Of a DNA stretch of 64,000 bases, positions 49,405 through 60,426 are shown one piece after another. Below the pieces are notes generated by a model that saw only the letters and a program-made list of their open reading frames with translations, searched no databases and was not told the origin of the DNA. Numbering within the stretch: position 1 is the stretch's first letter; each line of letters begins with the position of its first letter. This DNA is from an uncultured Barnesiella sp. GTDB lineage: Bacteria > Bacteroidota > Bacteroidia > Bacteroidales > Barnesiellaceae_A. A program made the position numbers and the translations under genes. The stretch is from NCBI GenBank assembly GCA_944321085.1, contig CALUJY010000005.1, positions 120,570 through 184,569 on the forward strand, given 5' to 3'.

Positions 49405-50334
49405 ATGTTACAAAGATATCTTTTCTACCAAAAATTTGTTGCAGCCGACCTCTCTGCTACATCCGGTGTGTGGATACATGCCGATATGCCCGATGAGAAA
49501 GAAATTGCATTTTTGATGCAAGAGTGCGAAGTCCCCGGCGATTTTATTGCCGATATGACCGATGCCGACGAGCGACCGCGTATCGAGTATGACGATGGCG
49601 TTACGCTCATAGTGCTGCGCATCCCGCGGAAAAATGAGTCGGGGAAAATACCCTATTCGACAGTTCCGTTAGGTATCATCGTAAACGGCGACCGTGTCAT
49701 TACAATGGCTCCTTTTGCCAATGATGTAGTGGCCGACTTTTTGCAGTTTGCTCGTAAAAAGAATGTGCAGGTGGCTACGCCTCACGATTTGGCCTTGCGT
49801 CTGATGACTTCGGCTTCGGTGTGGTACTTGAAGTACATGAAACAGATAAATGCCGAGGTAGCCAATGCCGAGAATGTTTTGGAAAAGAGTATTCGCAACG
49901 AAGACCTCCTGCGGTTGATGTACCTCGATAAGAGTATGGTCTTTTTCAATGCTGCTATCAGGGGTAACGAGATGACCTTGGCAAAATTCTCCAATATGCT
50001 GCGTGCCGAAATTGATTACACCCGCGATATTTTCGAAGATACGCGCGTAGAGCTTCGGCAGGCGCATGCTATGGTAAGCATATACAGCGATATCCTTACA
50101 GGTACAATGGATTCGTTTGCTTCTATTATATCGAACAATGTGAATACCATCATGAAACGCATGACGGCCATTTCGCTGATACTGATGTTGCCTACTTTGA
50201 TAGCGAGTTTCTATGGAATGAACGTTACCACGTTTGTCGAGGATTCGCCGGCCGCTTTTGTTATTATCCTGTTGTTTTCGTTGTTCTTGTCGGCGGTTAC
50301 CTACGGTATCTTCAAGTGGAAGAATTGGATATAA
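49405..50334 (+). CDS. CorA-family Mg2+ transporter
   Basis: DADERPRIE, IISNNVN, ASFYGMNV signature, two C-terminal TM segments. Confidence 0.92.
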   Translation: MLQRYLFYQKFVAADLSATSGVWIHADMPDEKEIAFLMQECEVPGDFIADMTDADERPRIEYDDGVTLIVLRIPRKNESGKIPYSTVPLGIIVNGDRVITMAPFANDVVADFLQFARKKNVQVATPHDLALRLMTSASVWYLKYMKQINAEVANAENVLEKSIRNEDLLRLMYLDKSMVFFNAAIRGNEMTLAKFSNMLRAEIDYTRDIFEDTRVELRQAHAMVSIYSDILTGTMDSFASIISNNVNTIMKRMTAISLILMLPTLIASFYGMNVTTFVEDSPAAFVIILLFSLFLSAVTYGIFKWKNWI

Positions 50335-50384
50335 CCCTTCTCGAAGAGTCGTTGTCGGTTATATCGGCGGCGTAGTCTCTGTGG

Positions 50385-51821
50385 TTACGGGTGTTTTATG
50401 CCCATACGTTCGGCTTCGGCAAGCATATATTGCCAAGCAGCCTCTCTCTCATTGGGGATGATACCGTCGAGTATGGCATCTTTGATGCTCTTTTTCAGTT
50501 CTCCCACCTCGCGCGAAGGAGGTAAGGAAAAATAGGCCATGATTTCTTCGCCGTTTACCGGAGGTTGGAAGTTGCGGATGCGGTCTTTCTCCTCTATCTC
50601 GGCCAGTTTGCGACGCACAAGAGTAAAGTTGTCGAGGAACCGGCGTACTTTCTCGGCGTTGCGCGAGGTAATGTCGGCCTCGCACAAAATCATGAGGTCG
50701 TCTATATCGTCGCCGGCGTCGAAGAGCAGACGACGTACGGCCGAGTCGGTCACCACATCCTCTACGAGGGCGATAGGGCGCATGTGTAACTCTACCATCT
50801 TTTGCACATATTTCATGCGTTCGTCCATAGGCAGTTTCATGCTACGGAATATGCCCGGTATCATTTTGGCGCCTATAAAGTCGTGGTTGTGGAAGCTCCA
50901 CCCCGTTTTATCGTCATAACGTTTAGAGCGCGGCTTGCCTATGTCGTGGAAAAGGGCAGCCCATCGCAACCATTCGTTGCGCGAGCGTAAGGCTACGTTG
51001 TCGAGTACGGCAAGCGTATGGTAGAAGTTGTCTTTGTGTCCTCGGCCGTTCTTGGTTTCGATACCCTTCAAGGCGGTGAGCTCGGGGCAGATATACGACA
51101 ACAGACCGCTGTCGTCGAGCATGATAAGCCCGCGGGAGGGGATGTCGGAACGGATTATCTTCGATAACTCGTCAATGATACGTTCGCGCGATATGATAGC
51201 AATGCGTTGGCTGTTGCGCTTGATGGCGTCGAAGGTATCGGGGTGTATCGTGAAGTGCAGTTGCGAAGCAAATCGTATGGCTCGCATCATGCGCAGCGGG
51301 TCGTCGCTGAATGTGATGTCGGGGTCGAGTGGGGTGCGTATGATGCGTTCTTGCAGGTCTTTCCGGCCGTCGAAAGGGTCTATAAGCATACCGTAGTGCG
51401 TCTTGTTGAGGCACAATGCCATGGCATTGATGGTGAAGTCGCGGCGGTTCTGGTCGTCTTGCAAGGTGCCGTCTTCTACGACAGGTTTGCGCGAGTCGTG
51501 CGAGTACGACTCGCGGCGTGCCCCTACGAACTCTACTTCCCAAGTCTCGTCGCCGTTGCGATATTTCACTTGTGCAGTCCCGAAATTGCGAAATACGGCA
51601 AGGTGCGCCTTACGTCCTATTTTGCGGCAAAGCGCTTCGGCTATCTCTATGCCGCTGCCCAAGGCTACCACGTCTATATCTTTCGAGGGACGGCATAGCA
51701 TGATGTCGCGCACAAAGCCGCCTATGACGAAACATTCCCTTCCTATCTCGTCGGCTACTGTGCTTATGAGCGAGAAGACAGGATGTGACAAGTATTTGCT
51801 CCAATCGGTATTTTGTTCCAT
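50385..51821 (-). CDS. cca: CCA-adding tRNA nucleotidyltransferase with HD domain
   Basis: GGFVRD..DID, RRDFTINA, DDPLRMMRA, SRERI, HDIGK. Confidence 0.9.
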   Translation of the reverse strand: MEQNTDWSKYLSHPVFSLISTVADEIGRECFVIGGFVRDIMLCRPSKDIDVVALGSGIEIAEALCRKIGRKAHLAVFRNFGTAQVKYRNGDETWEVEFVGARRESYSHDSRKPVVEDGTLQDDQNRRDFTINAMALCLNKTHYGMLIDPFDGRKDLQERIIRTPLDPDITFSDDPLRMMRAIRFASQLHFTIHPDTFDAIKRNSQRIAIISRERIIDELSKIIRSDIPSRGLIMLDDSGLLSYICPELTALKGIETKNGRGHKDNFYHTLAVLDNVALRSRNEWLRWAALFHDIGKPRSKRYDDKTGWSFHNHDFIGAKMIPGIFRSMKLPMDERMKYVQKMVELHMRPIALVEDVVTDSAVRRLLFDAGDDIDDLMILCEADITSRNAEKVRRFLDNFTLVRRKLAEIEEKDRIRNFQPPVNGEEIMAYFSLPPSREVGELKKSIKDAILDGIIPNEREAAWQYMLAEAERMGIKHP

Positions 51822-51922
51822 ACGAATATCACTCTACGCTTTGAGGGCGCAAATTTACGCATTTTATACCTATTTGCCAGCCGCAAAGCCTCATATTTTG
51901 TAATATTGCGGCCGTGCCGGGG

Positions 51923-53098
51923 TCAGTCGAGAGGGATGATTTCCTCCTTGAAATTGGTGAGGCATTCTATCCCGTTCCCGGTGACAAGGTAGGTATTTTC
52001 TACGCCGACGGCACCGGTGCCCGGAATGACGAATTTAGGTTCTATGGCAATGATATTGCCTTCTGCAAGTATGTCGCGCGAGCGGGGAGCCAATACCGGC
52101 AATTCGTTGATTTCTATGCCTACGCCGTGCCCTATAAATCCGGCATGTTGGGTATGCCCCATGAAATAATCGCTCAGTCCGGCTTTGGCAGCTATGTCGT
52201 ATGCCGTGTTGTACATTTCAGCTGCTGCTACACCCGGGCGTGCCATAGCCCTCAGCGTTTCGTGAATGTTGCGGGATGTGGCATGTGCGCGGTGGGCGAG
52301 TTCAGGTATTTGTCCCACAGAGAAGGTGCGCGACATGTCGGTCATATAGCCGGTGAAGTTACCGCACAAATCGACCATTACGGTAGAGCCCTGTTTGATA
52401 AGGGTTCCGTTGCAGCCTATGGGCAGCGACTCGTCGAGCCCCGAGCCGCCCAAAGCGAAGTCGTAGGGTGATGGAACGTCGGCATTATTGCCGCTCAGCA
52501 AGCTGCCCATAAATACTTCCATGCTCGGACCTGCCACACGGAAAATACCCAAACAGCCTTCCATGCGCAGACGGCGTTCTATCTCGATTTGCAGCTCAAA
52601 GTCGGTCATACCCTCTTCGTACATAGCTTCTATGTGCCCGTATGCCGCTTCGTGCCGAGCTGCCGATATGCGTATTTTCTCTACTTCATAAGGTGTCTTG
52701 GTAGCTCGTACGTTACGCATAATGGTCGAACCGTTGGTTATCTCGGCGTCTTTGAAGACATGGGCTATTCTCGTAATGTCGCTGTATGAGGTGTAGTCGA
52801 GTTCGAGTGCGATGCGTTTAGGCATAGGTACATCGGCCTCTTGTAAGAGGGCGGGAATCTCCTCGGGCTTGCGTATATATACGACAAGTTCGCCTTGCAG
52901 TCCTACCGGGCGCTTGACAAAATAAAACAGGTTGCCCGACTTGTCTAAATAGATATATCCGCTGAAAATCAGTCCTGCGGTGTAGTAGATATTTACGTTT
53001 GTATTGATAAGTAATGCGTCGGCGTCTGATGCTTGTAACGCCTTGAATATCTTGTTGTACCTTACAAGAGCTTCCGATTTGAATTGAGAACTGAACAT
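51923..53098 (-). CDS. M24 family (Xaa-Pro-type) metallopeptidase
   Basis: RATKTPYE, D..GYMTDMSRT, GHGVG, IEPK, GVEN. Confidence 0.9.
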   Translation of the reverse strand: MFSSQFKSEALVRYNKIFKALQASDADALLINTNVNIYYTAGLIFSGYIYLDKSGNLFYFVKRPVGLQGELVVYIRKPEEIPALLQEADVPMPKRIALELDYTSYSDITRIAHVFKDAEITNGSTIMRNVRATKTPYEVEKIRISAARHEAAYGHIEAMYEEGMTDFELQIEIERRLRMEGCLGIFRVAGPSMEVFMGSLLSGNNADVPSPYDFALGGSGLDESLPIGCNGTLIKQGSTVMVDLCGNFTGYMTDMSRTFSVGQIPELAHRAHATSRNIHETLRAMARPGVAAAEMYNTAYDIAAKAGLSDYFMGHTQHAGFIGHGVGIEINELPVLAPRSRDILAEGNIIAIEPKFVIPGTGAVGVENTYLVTGNGIECLTNFKEEIIPLD

Positions 53099-53109
53099 AG
53101 GGGTGTGGA

Positions 53110-53760
53110 TTATAAAGTATTATTGGTTTTCAGTGAGATGAAGTGGCGGGCAAGTGCGTCGAATGAGTCGAAGCGCAGGTCGTAATCGTCGGTCTTGCCG
53201 AAGCCGTAGCTTACCCATACGAAAGGTATGTCGGCGCGACGACTTTCGCGGCTGTCGCCATCGGTGTCGCCCACATATATCGGGTGGTGCAGGTTGTGAC
53301 GCTGCGATAGCAGTTGCATGTTTTCGGCCTTTTGCAAGCGGGTGTCGCCATACGATAACACATCGGTTATATAGGGCGTTATGCCGGCATAGCGCACGAA
53401 AATGGGCAGCTCGCGTTCGTCGCAGTTGCTGAGTACAAAGAGTTTGTAGTATTGTGCAAGTTTTGCTATACCGTCGGTAACACCGGGGTATAGTGTGCCT
53501 CCCCGGCGAGGCAGTTCGCTTACCTCCAATCGGTTGATGGCTTCTATAAATGATTGTGCATAGCCTTCGGGCACGAAGTGAGCGAGTATCTTGTCTATGG
53601 GTGTACCCATATATGCCAACAACTCGTTGCGCCCTATGCGAGTGGTGCTGCCTATCTCCTCGAAGGCCATGTTCCAGATGGTGGCATACGTCTCTACGGC
53701 ATCCCACAGAGTGCCGTCCATGTCGAAAATCAATGCGTCTGTCAGGTTGTCAATAGCCAT
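53110..53760 (-). CDS. HAD-family hydrolase
   Basis: IFDMDGTLWD, LSN, K, YVGDTDGD; start trimmed to ATG 53760. Confidence 0.9.
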   Translation of the reverse strand: MAIDNLTDALIFDMDGTLWDAVETYATIWNMAFEEIGSTTRIGRNELLAYMGTPIDKILAHFVPEGYAQSFIEAINRLEVSELPRRGGTLYPGVTDGIAKLAQYYKLFVLSNCDERELPIFVRYAGITPYITDVLSYGDTRLQKAENMQLLSQRHNLHHPIYVGDTDGDSRESRRADIPFVWVSYGFGKTDDYDLRFDSFDALARHFISLKTNNTL

Positions 53761-53920
53761 TGATTTTGTTTTTACCTTTTCATATTGCGTCAAAGGTAGT
53801 GAAAACATTGTATGCTCGTGGCATGGCGAGGCTTTTTTTATCATGTTTTTGTGTCTGTGTTACTTTTCTTTGCATTATAATGTGGAGATTATGTTTTCAT
53901 GGCCGTATATAGCGACGATG

Positions 53921-53964
53921 TAAAAAAGAGAGAGCCCGGCTCCAGCCGGGCTCTCTCTTTTTTA
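53921..53964 (-). terminator. Strong terminator after the T9SS cargo gene
   Basis: TAAAAAAGAGAGAGCCCGGCT-CC-AGCCGGGCTCTCTCTTTTTTA, a perfect inverted repeat. Confidence 0.9.
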
Positions 53965-54021
53965 TTCTATAATTGGTGATACTCTCATGGAAAAGAGCAT
54001 CCAATTGGGTAGAGTTGTGGA

Positions 54022-55356
54022 TTAGCGAACTACAACTTTCGTAGCTTTGTCACCTACTTTTACGATATACAAGCCTTTGGCAGCTACCTTGATGTCGCGA
54101 CCGGCAACACCCGTAGCAACCAATTTACCTGTGAGGTTATATACGGCTACGCTTTCGCCATTGCCTGTGGTTACAATATGACCATTTACGGCATATACTT
54201 TACCGGCTACGGCTTTAACGCTTTCAATGGCACTCCATGTATTTGTGCCATCGAGACTGAAATCTGTTACGTCCTTCACGCCGGGAGCGCTGAAATACGA
54301 TTCGATAGTACCATATACCCAAACCGTTGTATTTTTAAGTTCAGGATTGTCAACAATATTAAGGTTTGTGCGAACCTCTCCCGAAGGAAGTTGTACCGGA
54401 ACGTATGGCTCGGCAGTTCCCAATGCGAGATTTGTTGCAACGTCGGTAGTAGCCAAAGCTCCATTGTTCGAAGCACAACCGGCGATAACACCCGATACCC
54501 AATATTTGGTGTTACCTGTTTTGTCATTCAAAGCTGTAACGTCGTTTGTGTCAAACGGGTCGCTGAGCGAACCTTCGTGAGCAGCAGTTACACCTACCAA
54601 GTTGGCTGTTGCAGAGAGTGAACCCGACTCGATAGTGATGGTACCGTTGGTAGTTCCGGCTGTTGTGCCTGTGAAATCAACGGAAACTGTTCCGCCGGTA
54701 GCAGGAAGTGTAGTGTTTGTCGTAACGAAACCTTCGCCGCTTACGGTAACCGTGATGTCGTTAGCAAGACCGTCGGCAACAACCTCTACTTCTTGTGTTT
54801 GAGAAGCGTTCAGACCTACACCGAATGCAACATCACCTGCATCGCGGAACGAGAGCGTACCTTCGGCGGGAGCTGCTACCATTTTGATGTATTGGTATTG
54901 TGCATTCTTGTTGTTGGCTGTGAGGAGCCTGTATTGAGTACCTGCTGTTTGACCGGTGAGCGTCCAAGTGAATTCGGTTCCTTGCTCGCTGAGCGTTTTT
55001 TCTTCGATAACCGTTTCACCGTTGCTCATGTCTATCAATTGTACAGCTACGCTTTTGCTGGCACTTTCGCCGGTCAATACTGTGATAGAACCTACTGCAA
55101 AATCAGCTACGGGTAAGTCGATATATCCGTTGCTATATACCATCAGATAAGTCGGAGGATAGCTTGCTGTTGAGATTTTGGCATTGTTGATGGTGAAGGT
55201 GTAACCATCCATTGTGCATTCGGTGTCTTCGTTTACAGTTGTTCCGGGAACAGCTGTTTGTGCAGCCTCTGTTCTGAAATCCAGCATGATTTCTTGTGCT
55301 TGCATTACCGATGCGATGCACAAGAATGTGGCTAAAAATAGAGTAATTTTTTTCAT
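54022..55356 (-). CDS. Putative T9SS-secreted surface protein (Ig-like plus DUF6359-like OB domain plus CTD)
   Basis: Signal peptide MKKITLF..AQE; YWVSGVIAG..VPVQLPSGEVRTNLNIVDNPE..GTIESYFSAPGVK; C-terminal VAVYNLTGK..GLYIVKVGDKATKVVVR. Confidence 0.75.
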   Translation of the reverse strand: MKKITLFLATFLCIASVMQAQEIMLDFRTEAAQTAVPGTTVNEDTECTMDGYTFTINNAKISTASYPPTYLMVYSNGYIDLPVADFAVGSITVLTGESASKSVAVQLIDMSNGETVIEEKTLSEQGTEFTWTLTGQTAGTQYRLLTANNKNAQYQYIKMVAAPAEGTLSFRDAGDVAFGVGLNASQTQEVEVVADGLANDITVTVSGEGFVTTNTTLPATGGTVSVDFTGTTAGTTNGTITIESGSLSATANLVGVTAAHEGSLSDPFDTNDVTALNDKTGNTKYWVSGVIAGCASNNGALATTDVATNLALGTAEPYVPVQLPSGEVRTNLNIVDNPELKNTTVWVYGTIESYFSAPGVKDVTDFSLDGTNTWSAIESVKAVAGKVYAVNGHIVTTGNGESVAVYNLTGKLVATGVAGRDIKVAAKGLYIVKVGDKATKVVVR

Positions 55357-55494
55357 AAATATAAATTTTTGGTTAGTAATTGATTATCTGTTACATCCGA
55401 GGCGATACTTATGCCGCGGTTTAGCTCTGCAAAGTAAACAAAAAAAGTGATGCCGCGTCATGCGAATAGCTATAATTTCATGTGAATGTTGTCT

Positions 55495-56292
55495 TTATTC
55501 TTCTATTTGCTTTCTCTGCTTTACAAATAGTGCGCTAAGCTCATATAGAGCGTAGATGGGGATAAATACGGCCAAAAGGGTAAACGGGTCGCCGCTGGGG
55601 GTGATGATAGCTGCAACTATGAGTAGTGCGACGATGGCATGGCGTCGGTAACGGGCAAAAAACGAGCGGTCTATGACTCCCAGAGCCGAGAGTAATTTGC
55701 TCAGCAGCGGCAGCTCGAAGACAACACCCATGATGAATATCAGCATCAGAAAGTTGCCGATGTATGAGTCGAGACTTATTTGATTGGGTATAAGAGTGCT
55801 TATCTGGTAACTGGCGAGAAACCGCAGGGTAAGAGGGAATACGAGAAAATAGCCTACTGCAATACCTGTGAAAAAGAGTATGTTGCCGGCCATGAATGCA
55901 AACCGTACGTTGCGCAATTCGTTTTCATAGAGAGCAGGGCTTATGAAACACCATAATTGGTACAGAATAAAAGGGAATGCCAGTACAACGGCCATCCACA
56001 AAGAGGTGCTCATGTGTATGAAAAATTGCGATGCGAGTTGTATATTGATAAGCGACACCGAAAAATCGTCCATGGCAAAATGGGGCAAAAATGTGATGTG
56101 TCGGCTTATTGCCCTCAGTGCGCGGTACAGGATAAAATCGTTGGAGCAGGGTGCCAATATGACGTGGTCGAAGAGGTAGGGCATGGCTATAAACAATCCT
56201 ACCATCAGCACGGCTATGACGACAATGGCGCGCAACAATACCTTGCGCAGCTCGTCGAGATGCTCCCAAAAAGTCATTTGCTGACTCTCCAT
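55495..56292 (-). CDS. tatC: Twin-arginine translocase TatC
   Basis: MTFWEHLDELR, FISPALYENE, FELP, AAIITPSGDP. Confidence 0.96.
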   Translation of the reverse strand: MESQQMTFWEHLDELRKVLLRAIVVIAVLMVGLFIAMPYLFDHVILAPCSNDFILYRALRAISRHITFLPHFAMDDFSVSLINIQLASQFFIHMSTSLWMAVVLAFPFILYQLWCFISPALYENELRNVRFAFMAGNILFFTGIAVGYFLVFPLTLRFLASYQISTLIPNQISLDSYIGNFLMLIFIMGVVFELPLLSKLLSALGVIDRSFFARYRRHAIVALLIVAAIITPSGDPFTLLAVFIPIYALYELSALFVKQRKQIEE

Positions 56293-56321
56293 CGGTCTAC
56301 GGTCGGCTACTCTCCTGCGTT

Positions 56322-56567
56322 TTATTTTTGTTCCTTGTCGTTGGGCGTACCGGTGCCGTTTGTGTCGCTCTTTTCGTTTTTGTCGGGGGTGGTAAGTTCT
56401 TCTTCCACCTCGTTAAGCCCTTTCTTGAAGCTGCGTACTCCTTTGCCTAATCCTTGCATCAGTTCGGGAATCTTTTTACCGCCGAACAGCAACAATATCA
56501 CGATAACGATGAGGACTATTTCGCCCCATCCTATATTAAAAAGCAACATTAACCCTAACAGGCTCAT
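56322..56567 (-). CDS. tatA: Twin-arginine translocase TatA
   Basis: [25 protein letters not shown]. Confidence 0.95.
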   Translation of the reverse strand: MSLLGLMLLFNIGWGEIVLIVIVILLLFGGKKIPELMQGLGKGVRSFKKGLNEVEEELTTPDKNEKSDTNGTGTPNDKEQK

Positions 56568-56695
56568 AATAGATAGTAGTTTCGTTATTATTTAGAATAA
56601 TGCAAATGTAGATATTTATATTTGTTCAGGGTAATTATTCTGTCATAAAAATGATTACCTTTGCAGGCGATTAAGAAATATAAATAAAAACGAAA

Positions 56696-57577
56696 ATGAA
56701 AGCATTTGTATTTCCCGGTCAGGGAGCACAGTTTGTGGGCATGGGTAAAGACCTTTATGCCAACAGTCCTGTAGCAAAAGAAATGTTTGACAAAGCAAAC
56801 GAAATCTTAGGTTTTTCCATTACCGACCTTATGTTCGACGGTACCGACGAAGACCTTCGCCAAACGAAGGTGACGCAACCTGCCGTATTCTTGCATTCGG
56901 TTATCTTGGCAAAAACGATGGGCGATGAGTTTAAGCCCGATATGGTTGCAGGTCACTCGTTGGGCGAGTTCTCTGCATTGGTTGCCGCTGGCGCGATGTC
57001 GTTCGAGGATGGTTTGCGTTTGGTATCGGCTCGTGCTCGTGCCATGCAAAAGGCATGTGAGATGCATCCCTCTACGATGGCTGCCATTATAGGCTTGCCC
57101 GATGAGACGATAGAAAAAATTTGCAGTGAGGTGACCGAAGGTGTTGTCGTATGTGCCAACTATAACAACCCCGGACAATTGGTTATCTCCGGCTCGATAG
57201 AAGGTATCGACGCTGCTTGCGCCAAATTGACTGCTGCCGGTGCCAAACGTGCCCTGAAGCTCAAAGTTGGTGGTGCATTCCACTCTCCTCTGATGGAGCC
57301 TGCCCGTGCCGAGTTGGCAGAGGCAATAGCTCGCACGCCGTTTGCAACACCTTGCTGCCCGGTATATCAGAATGTCGATGCACTGCCTCATACCAATCCC
57401 GATGAGATAAAGAGCAACTTGATTGCACAACTCACGGCTGCTGTACGTTGGAGCTACTCGGTCGAGCACATGATTGCCGACGGGGCAACAGAATTTGTCG
57501 AGGTAGGTCCCGGTTCTGTACTGCAAGGTATGATAAAGAAAATTAATAAGGACGTGCTTACTTCCGGCCGTCAGTAA
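56696..57577 (+). CDS. fabD: Malonyl-CoA:ACP transacylase
   Basis: FPGQGAQ, TQPA, GHSLGE, AFHS. Confidence 0.97.
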   Translation: MKAFVFPGQGAQFVGMGKDLYANSPVAKEMFDKANEILGFSITDLMFDGTDEDLRQTKVTQPAVFLHSVILAKTMGDEFKPDMVAGHSLGEFSALVAAGAMSFEDGLRLVSARARAMQKACEMHPSTMAAIIGLPDETIEKICSEVTEGVVVCANYNNPGQLVISGSIEGIDAACAKLTAAGAKRALKLKVGGAFHSPLMEPARAELAEAIARTPFATPCCPVYQNVDALPHTNPDEIKSNLIAQLTAAVRWSYSVEHMIADGATEFVEVGPGSVLQGMIKKINKDVLTSGRQ

Positions 57578-57596
57578 TAGATAAGAACGATATTGT

Positions 57597-57631
57597 AAAG
57601 AGGCTGTCATGTATTGCATGGCAGCCTCTTT
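57597..57631 (+). terminator. Terminator after fabD
   Basis: AAAGAGGCTGTCATG-TATTG-CATGGCAGCCTCTTT. Confidence 0.75.
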
Positions 57632-57797
57632 GTATGTAGAGGCTGCCGGCTGCACTGTGAAGTATGGCGTGTGACAGCTTTGCGGAGTACCTTTATCGGG
57701 CTGGCCGACATGGACGGTCGTGATGCTGTTGTCTTGCTCAAAAGGAGGGTTGCCCGATTATCTCTTTGAGGCGGTATGTATAACGTTATTGCAATGC

Positions 57798-57834
57798 AAA
57801 ACAGCCCGTGCTACCAGAGTAGCACGGGCTGTTT
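57798..57834 (-). terminator. Terminator after glgP
   Basis: AAACAGCCCGTGCTAC-CAGA-GTAGCACGGGCTGTTT. Confidence 0.85.
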
Positions 57835-57855
57835 CCATTATCGAAGGTTTCGTTA

Positions 57856-60399
57856 TTAGAACCATTTGACGTATGCAAAATCCTGACGGTGGGGCAGGTC
57901 GGGATTTTTGGGATACATTCTGAAAGAGAAGCGGAAAGCACCGGCTTTGGCAATAGTATTTTTCAGTGCATAAGTGATGTAGTCGCCATCGACCTTCACT
58001 ACTTCCAACTCTTGTGCATTGTAGGTTTGCGGTTCGTTGTTGTTTTCGGTGGGAACGGCAACCAATTCTATACCGAGACAATTACCCAAGCCTTTGCTGT
58101 CGATAGTCACTTCTACATCGTAAGTCTTGCCTACTTGTGGAGCGTAGAGCATTTCGTCAGGCATTTTCACCTCTTTGATTTCTATTTGGTCCCACTGTGA
58201 AGCAACTTTGGCTTTCCATGCAGCTATTTCGCGGGCTTTGGCAAAGTCGTTTGCTTTCAAGAGTGCGGCACGTTTGCCCTCTTTGTTGTAGAATCTTTCG
58301 ATGTAATCGTCGAGCATGCGTTTCATAGTGTAGTTGGGCGCAATTTCGGCGATAGATTTCTTGATGTATTGTATCCATTCGGGCGAATAGCCTTTGCTGT
58401 TTTTGGCAAAATAGAGCGGAATGATTTGGTTTTCGAGCATCGAATAGATGGTAGCGGCGTCGAGTTGGTCTTGCTGGCCTTGGTCTTGGTAAGTACGTTT
58501 GTCTGTCAATGCCCAACCTGCGCCCTCACGGTAACCTTCATACCACCAGCCGTCGAGTACCGAGAAGTTGAGTACACCGTTCATCTCGGCTTTTTCACCC
58601 GATGTGCCCGAAGCTTCCAACGGACGTGTGGGGGTATTCAACCATATATCGACACCCGATATAAGGCGTTTCGATACACGCATGTCGTAGTTTTCGAGGA
58701 AGATGATTTTACCCAAGAATTCGGGACGGCGTGAGATTTCTACAATGCGTTTGATAAGTCCTTGACCGGCACCGTCGGCAGGGTGAGCCTTACCGGCAAA
58801 AATAAATTGTACCGGATAGTTGGGGTTGTTTACAATCTTAGAGAGGCGGTCTAAGTCGGTAAAGAGAAGGTGTGCGCGCTTGTAGGTGGCAAAGCGGCGG
58901 GCGAAACCTATCAACAAAGCGTTGGGGTTGATACGTTCGAGGATAGAGACGATACGCGAGGGGTCGCCTTGGTTTTTGAGCCATGTATCACGGAAGTCGT
59001 CTTTTACGAAACGGATAAGTTTTTGTTTCAGTTTCTGACGCATGTTCCATATCTCCAAGTCGTCGACATCGTATATGCGCTTCCATATTTCGCCGTTAGA
59101 CTGGTCGTGCATATACTCTTTGCCCAAATTCTCGGCATAGAAGCCTTTCCACTCCGAGGCAGCCCATGTAGGCATGTGTACACCGTTGGTTACATAACTT
59201 ACGTGCAACTCGTTGGGAGCGTAGCCTTTCCAAATCGGTTGGAACATCTTTTGCGAAACTTTGCCGTGAAGCCAGCTTACACCGTTCACTTCTTGGCAAG
59301 TGTTGCAAGCGAAGATACTCATGCAGAACTTTTCGTTTGTGTCGGGATTTTCGCGACCCATGTTGATGAAGTCGTTCCACGAGATGCCGAGTTTGGCGGG
59401 GTATTCGCCCAAGTATTTACCGAACAGCGATTCGTCGAAGTAATCGTGACCTGCGGGCACGGGGGTGTGTACCGTGTAGAGCGACGATGCGCGTACCACT
59501 TCGAGAGCTTCTGAGAATGTCAGCCCTTTGTTGACGTAATCGACCAAACGTTGTACGTTGAGCAGGGCGGCATGTCCCTCGTTGCAGTGATATATTTCGT
59601 TTTCGATACCGAGTTTGTGCAGCATCATTACGCCTCCGATACCTAACATATACTCTTGTTTCATACGGTTTTCCCAGTCGCCGCCGTAGAGTTGGTAGGT
59701 GATGGGGCGGTCAAACTCGCTGTTTTGTTCCAAGTCGGTATCCATCAGATAGAGCGATATGCGGCCTACATTGACACGCCATACGTTCGAGTAAACGATA
59801 CGTCCCGGGAAGGGTACTTCGAGTATCATAGGACGGCCATCGGCTTCGCAAACCTGCTCTATGGGCAGTTGGTTGAAGTTCTGTGCTTCGTAGTTGGCTA
59901 TTTGTTGTCCGTCCATCGAGAGCGTCTGCGAGAAATAGCCGAAACGGTATAGAAATCCTACACCGGTCATGTTCACGCGGCTGTCGCTGGCTTCTTTCAA
60001 GTAGTCGCCGGCAAGGATACCCAAACCACCCGAGTATATTTTCAGGCAGTTTGCCAAGCCATACTCCATGGAGAAGTACGAAATCGAGGGCACGTCGGTG
60101 CGTTTTTCTACTTGCATGTATTTTTGGAACTCGTCATATACATCGGCGATGCGGCGCATCATGGCTTTATCGGCAATGATAGACTCAATCTTTTCGTAGC
60201 TCATGCTTTGCAACATGAGTACGGGGTTTTGCCATAAATTGCGGTCTAAATCATGAAACAGGCTCCGTGCCGAAGTGTTCCACACCCACCACAAGTTCTT
60301 GGCAAGTGTCTCTAAGTTCGACAGCTCTGCGGGAAGACTTGCTTTTATTGTAACGTCACGCCATACGGGAGCGTTGGTATTACTCGCTTTTACTATCAT
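57856..60399 (-). CDS. glgP: Alpha-glucan (glycogen) phosphorylase
   Basis: [41 protein letters not shown] (PLP lysine). Confidence 0.95.
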   Translation of the reverse strand: MIVKASNTNAPVWRDVTIKASLPAELSNLETLAKNLWWVWNTSARSLFHDLDRNLWQNPVLMLQSMSYEKIESIIADKAMMRRIADVYDEFQKYMQVEKRTDVPSISYFSMEYGLANCLKIYSGGLGILAGDYLKEASDSRVNMTGVGFLYRFGYFSQTLSMDGQQIANYEAQNFNQLPIEQVCEADGRPMILEVPFPGRIVYSNVWRVNVGRISLYLMDTDLEQNSEFDRPITYQLYGGDWENRMKQEYMLGIGGVMMLHKLGIENEIYHCNEGHAALLNVQRLVDYVNKGLTFSEALEVVRASSLYTVHTPVPAGHDYFDESLFGKYLGEYPAKLGISWNDFINMGRENPDTNEKFCMSIFACNTCQEVNGVSWLHGKVSQKMFQPIWKGYAPNELHVSYVTNGVHMPTWAASEWKGFYAENLGKEYMHDQSNGEIWKRIYDVDDLEIWNMRQKLKQKLIRFVKDDFRDTWLKNQGDPSRIVSILERINPNALLIGFARRFATYKRAHLLFTDLDRLSKIVNNPNYPVQFIFAGKAHPADGAGQGLIKRIVEISRRPEFLGKIIFLENYDMRVSKRLISGVDIWLNTPTRPLEASGTSGEKAEMNGVLNFSVLDGWWYEGYREGAGWALTDKRTYQDQGQQDQLDAATIYSMLENQIIPLYFAKNSKGYSPEWIQYIKKSIAEIAPNYTMKRMLDDYIERFYNKEGKRAALLKANDFAKAREIAAWKAKVASQWDQIEIKEVKMPDEMLYAPQVGKTYDVEVTIDSKGLGNCLGIELVAVPTENNNEPQTYNAQELEVVKVDGDYITYALKNTIAKAGAFRFSFRMYPKNPDLPHRQDFAYVKWF

Positions 60400-60426
60400 A
60401 ATTATTCTATTTTTATTGTGTTTATC

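Noticed and set aside
11801-51821. Apparent clustering of translation-related genes (miaA, tRNA-Ser, EF-G2, ssrA, trmH, cca)
   Set aside because: They are scattered over separate transcription units on both strands, consistent with ordinary core-genome density.
55495-56567. Tat system without tatB
   Set aside because: Minimal TatAC systems are the usual arrangement in Bacteroidota, so this is not unusual.
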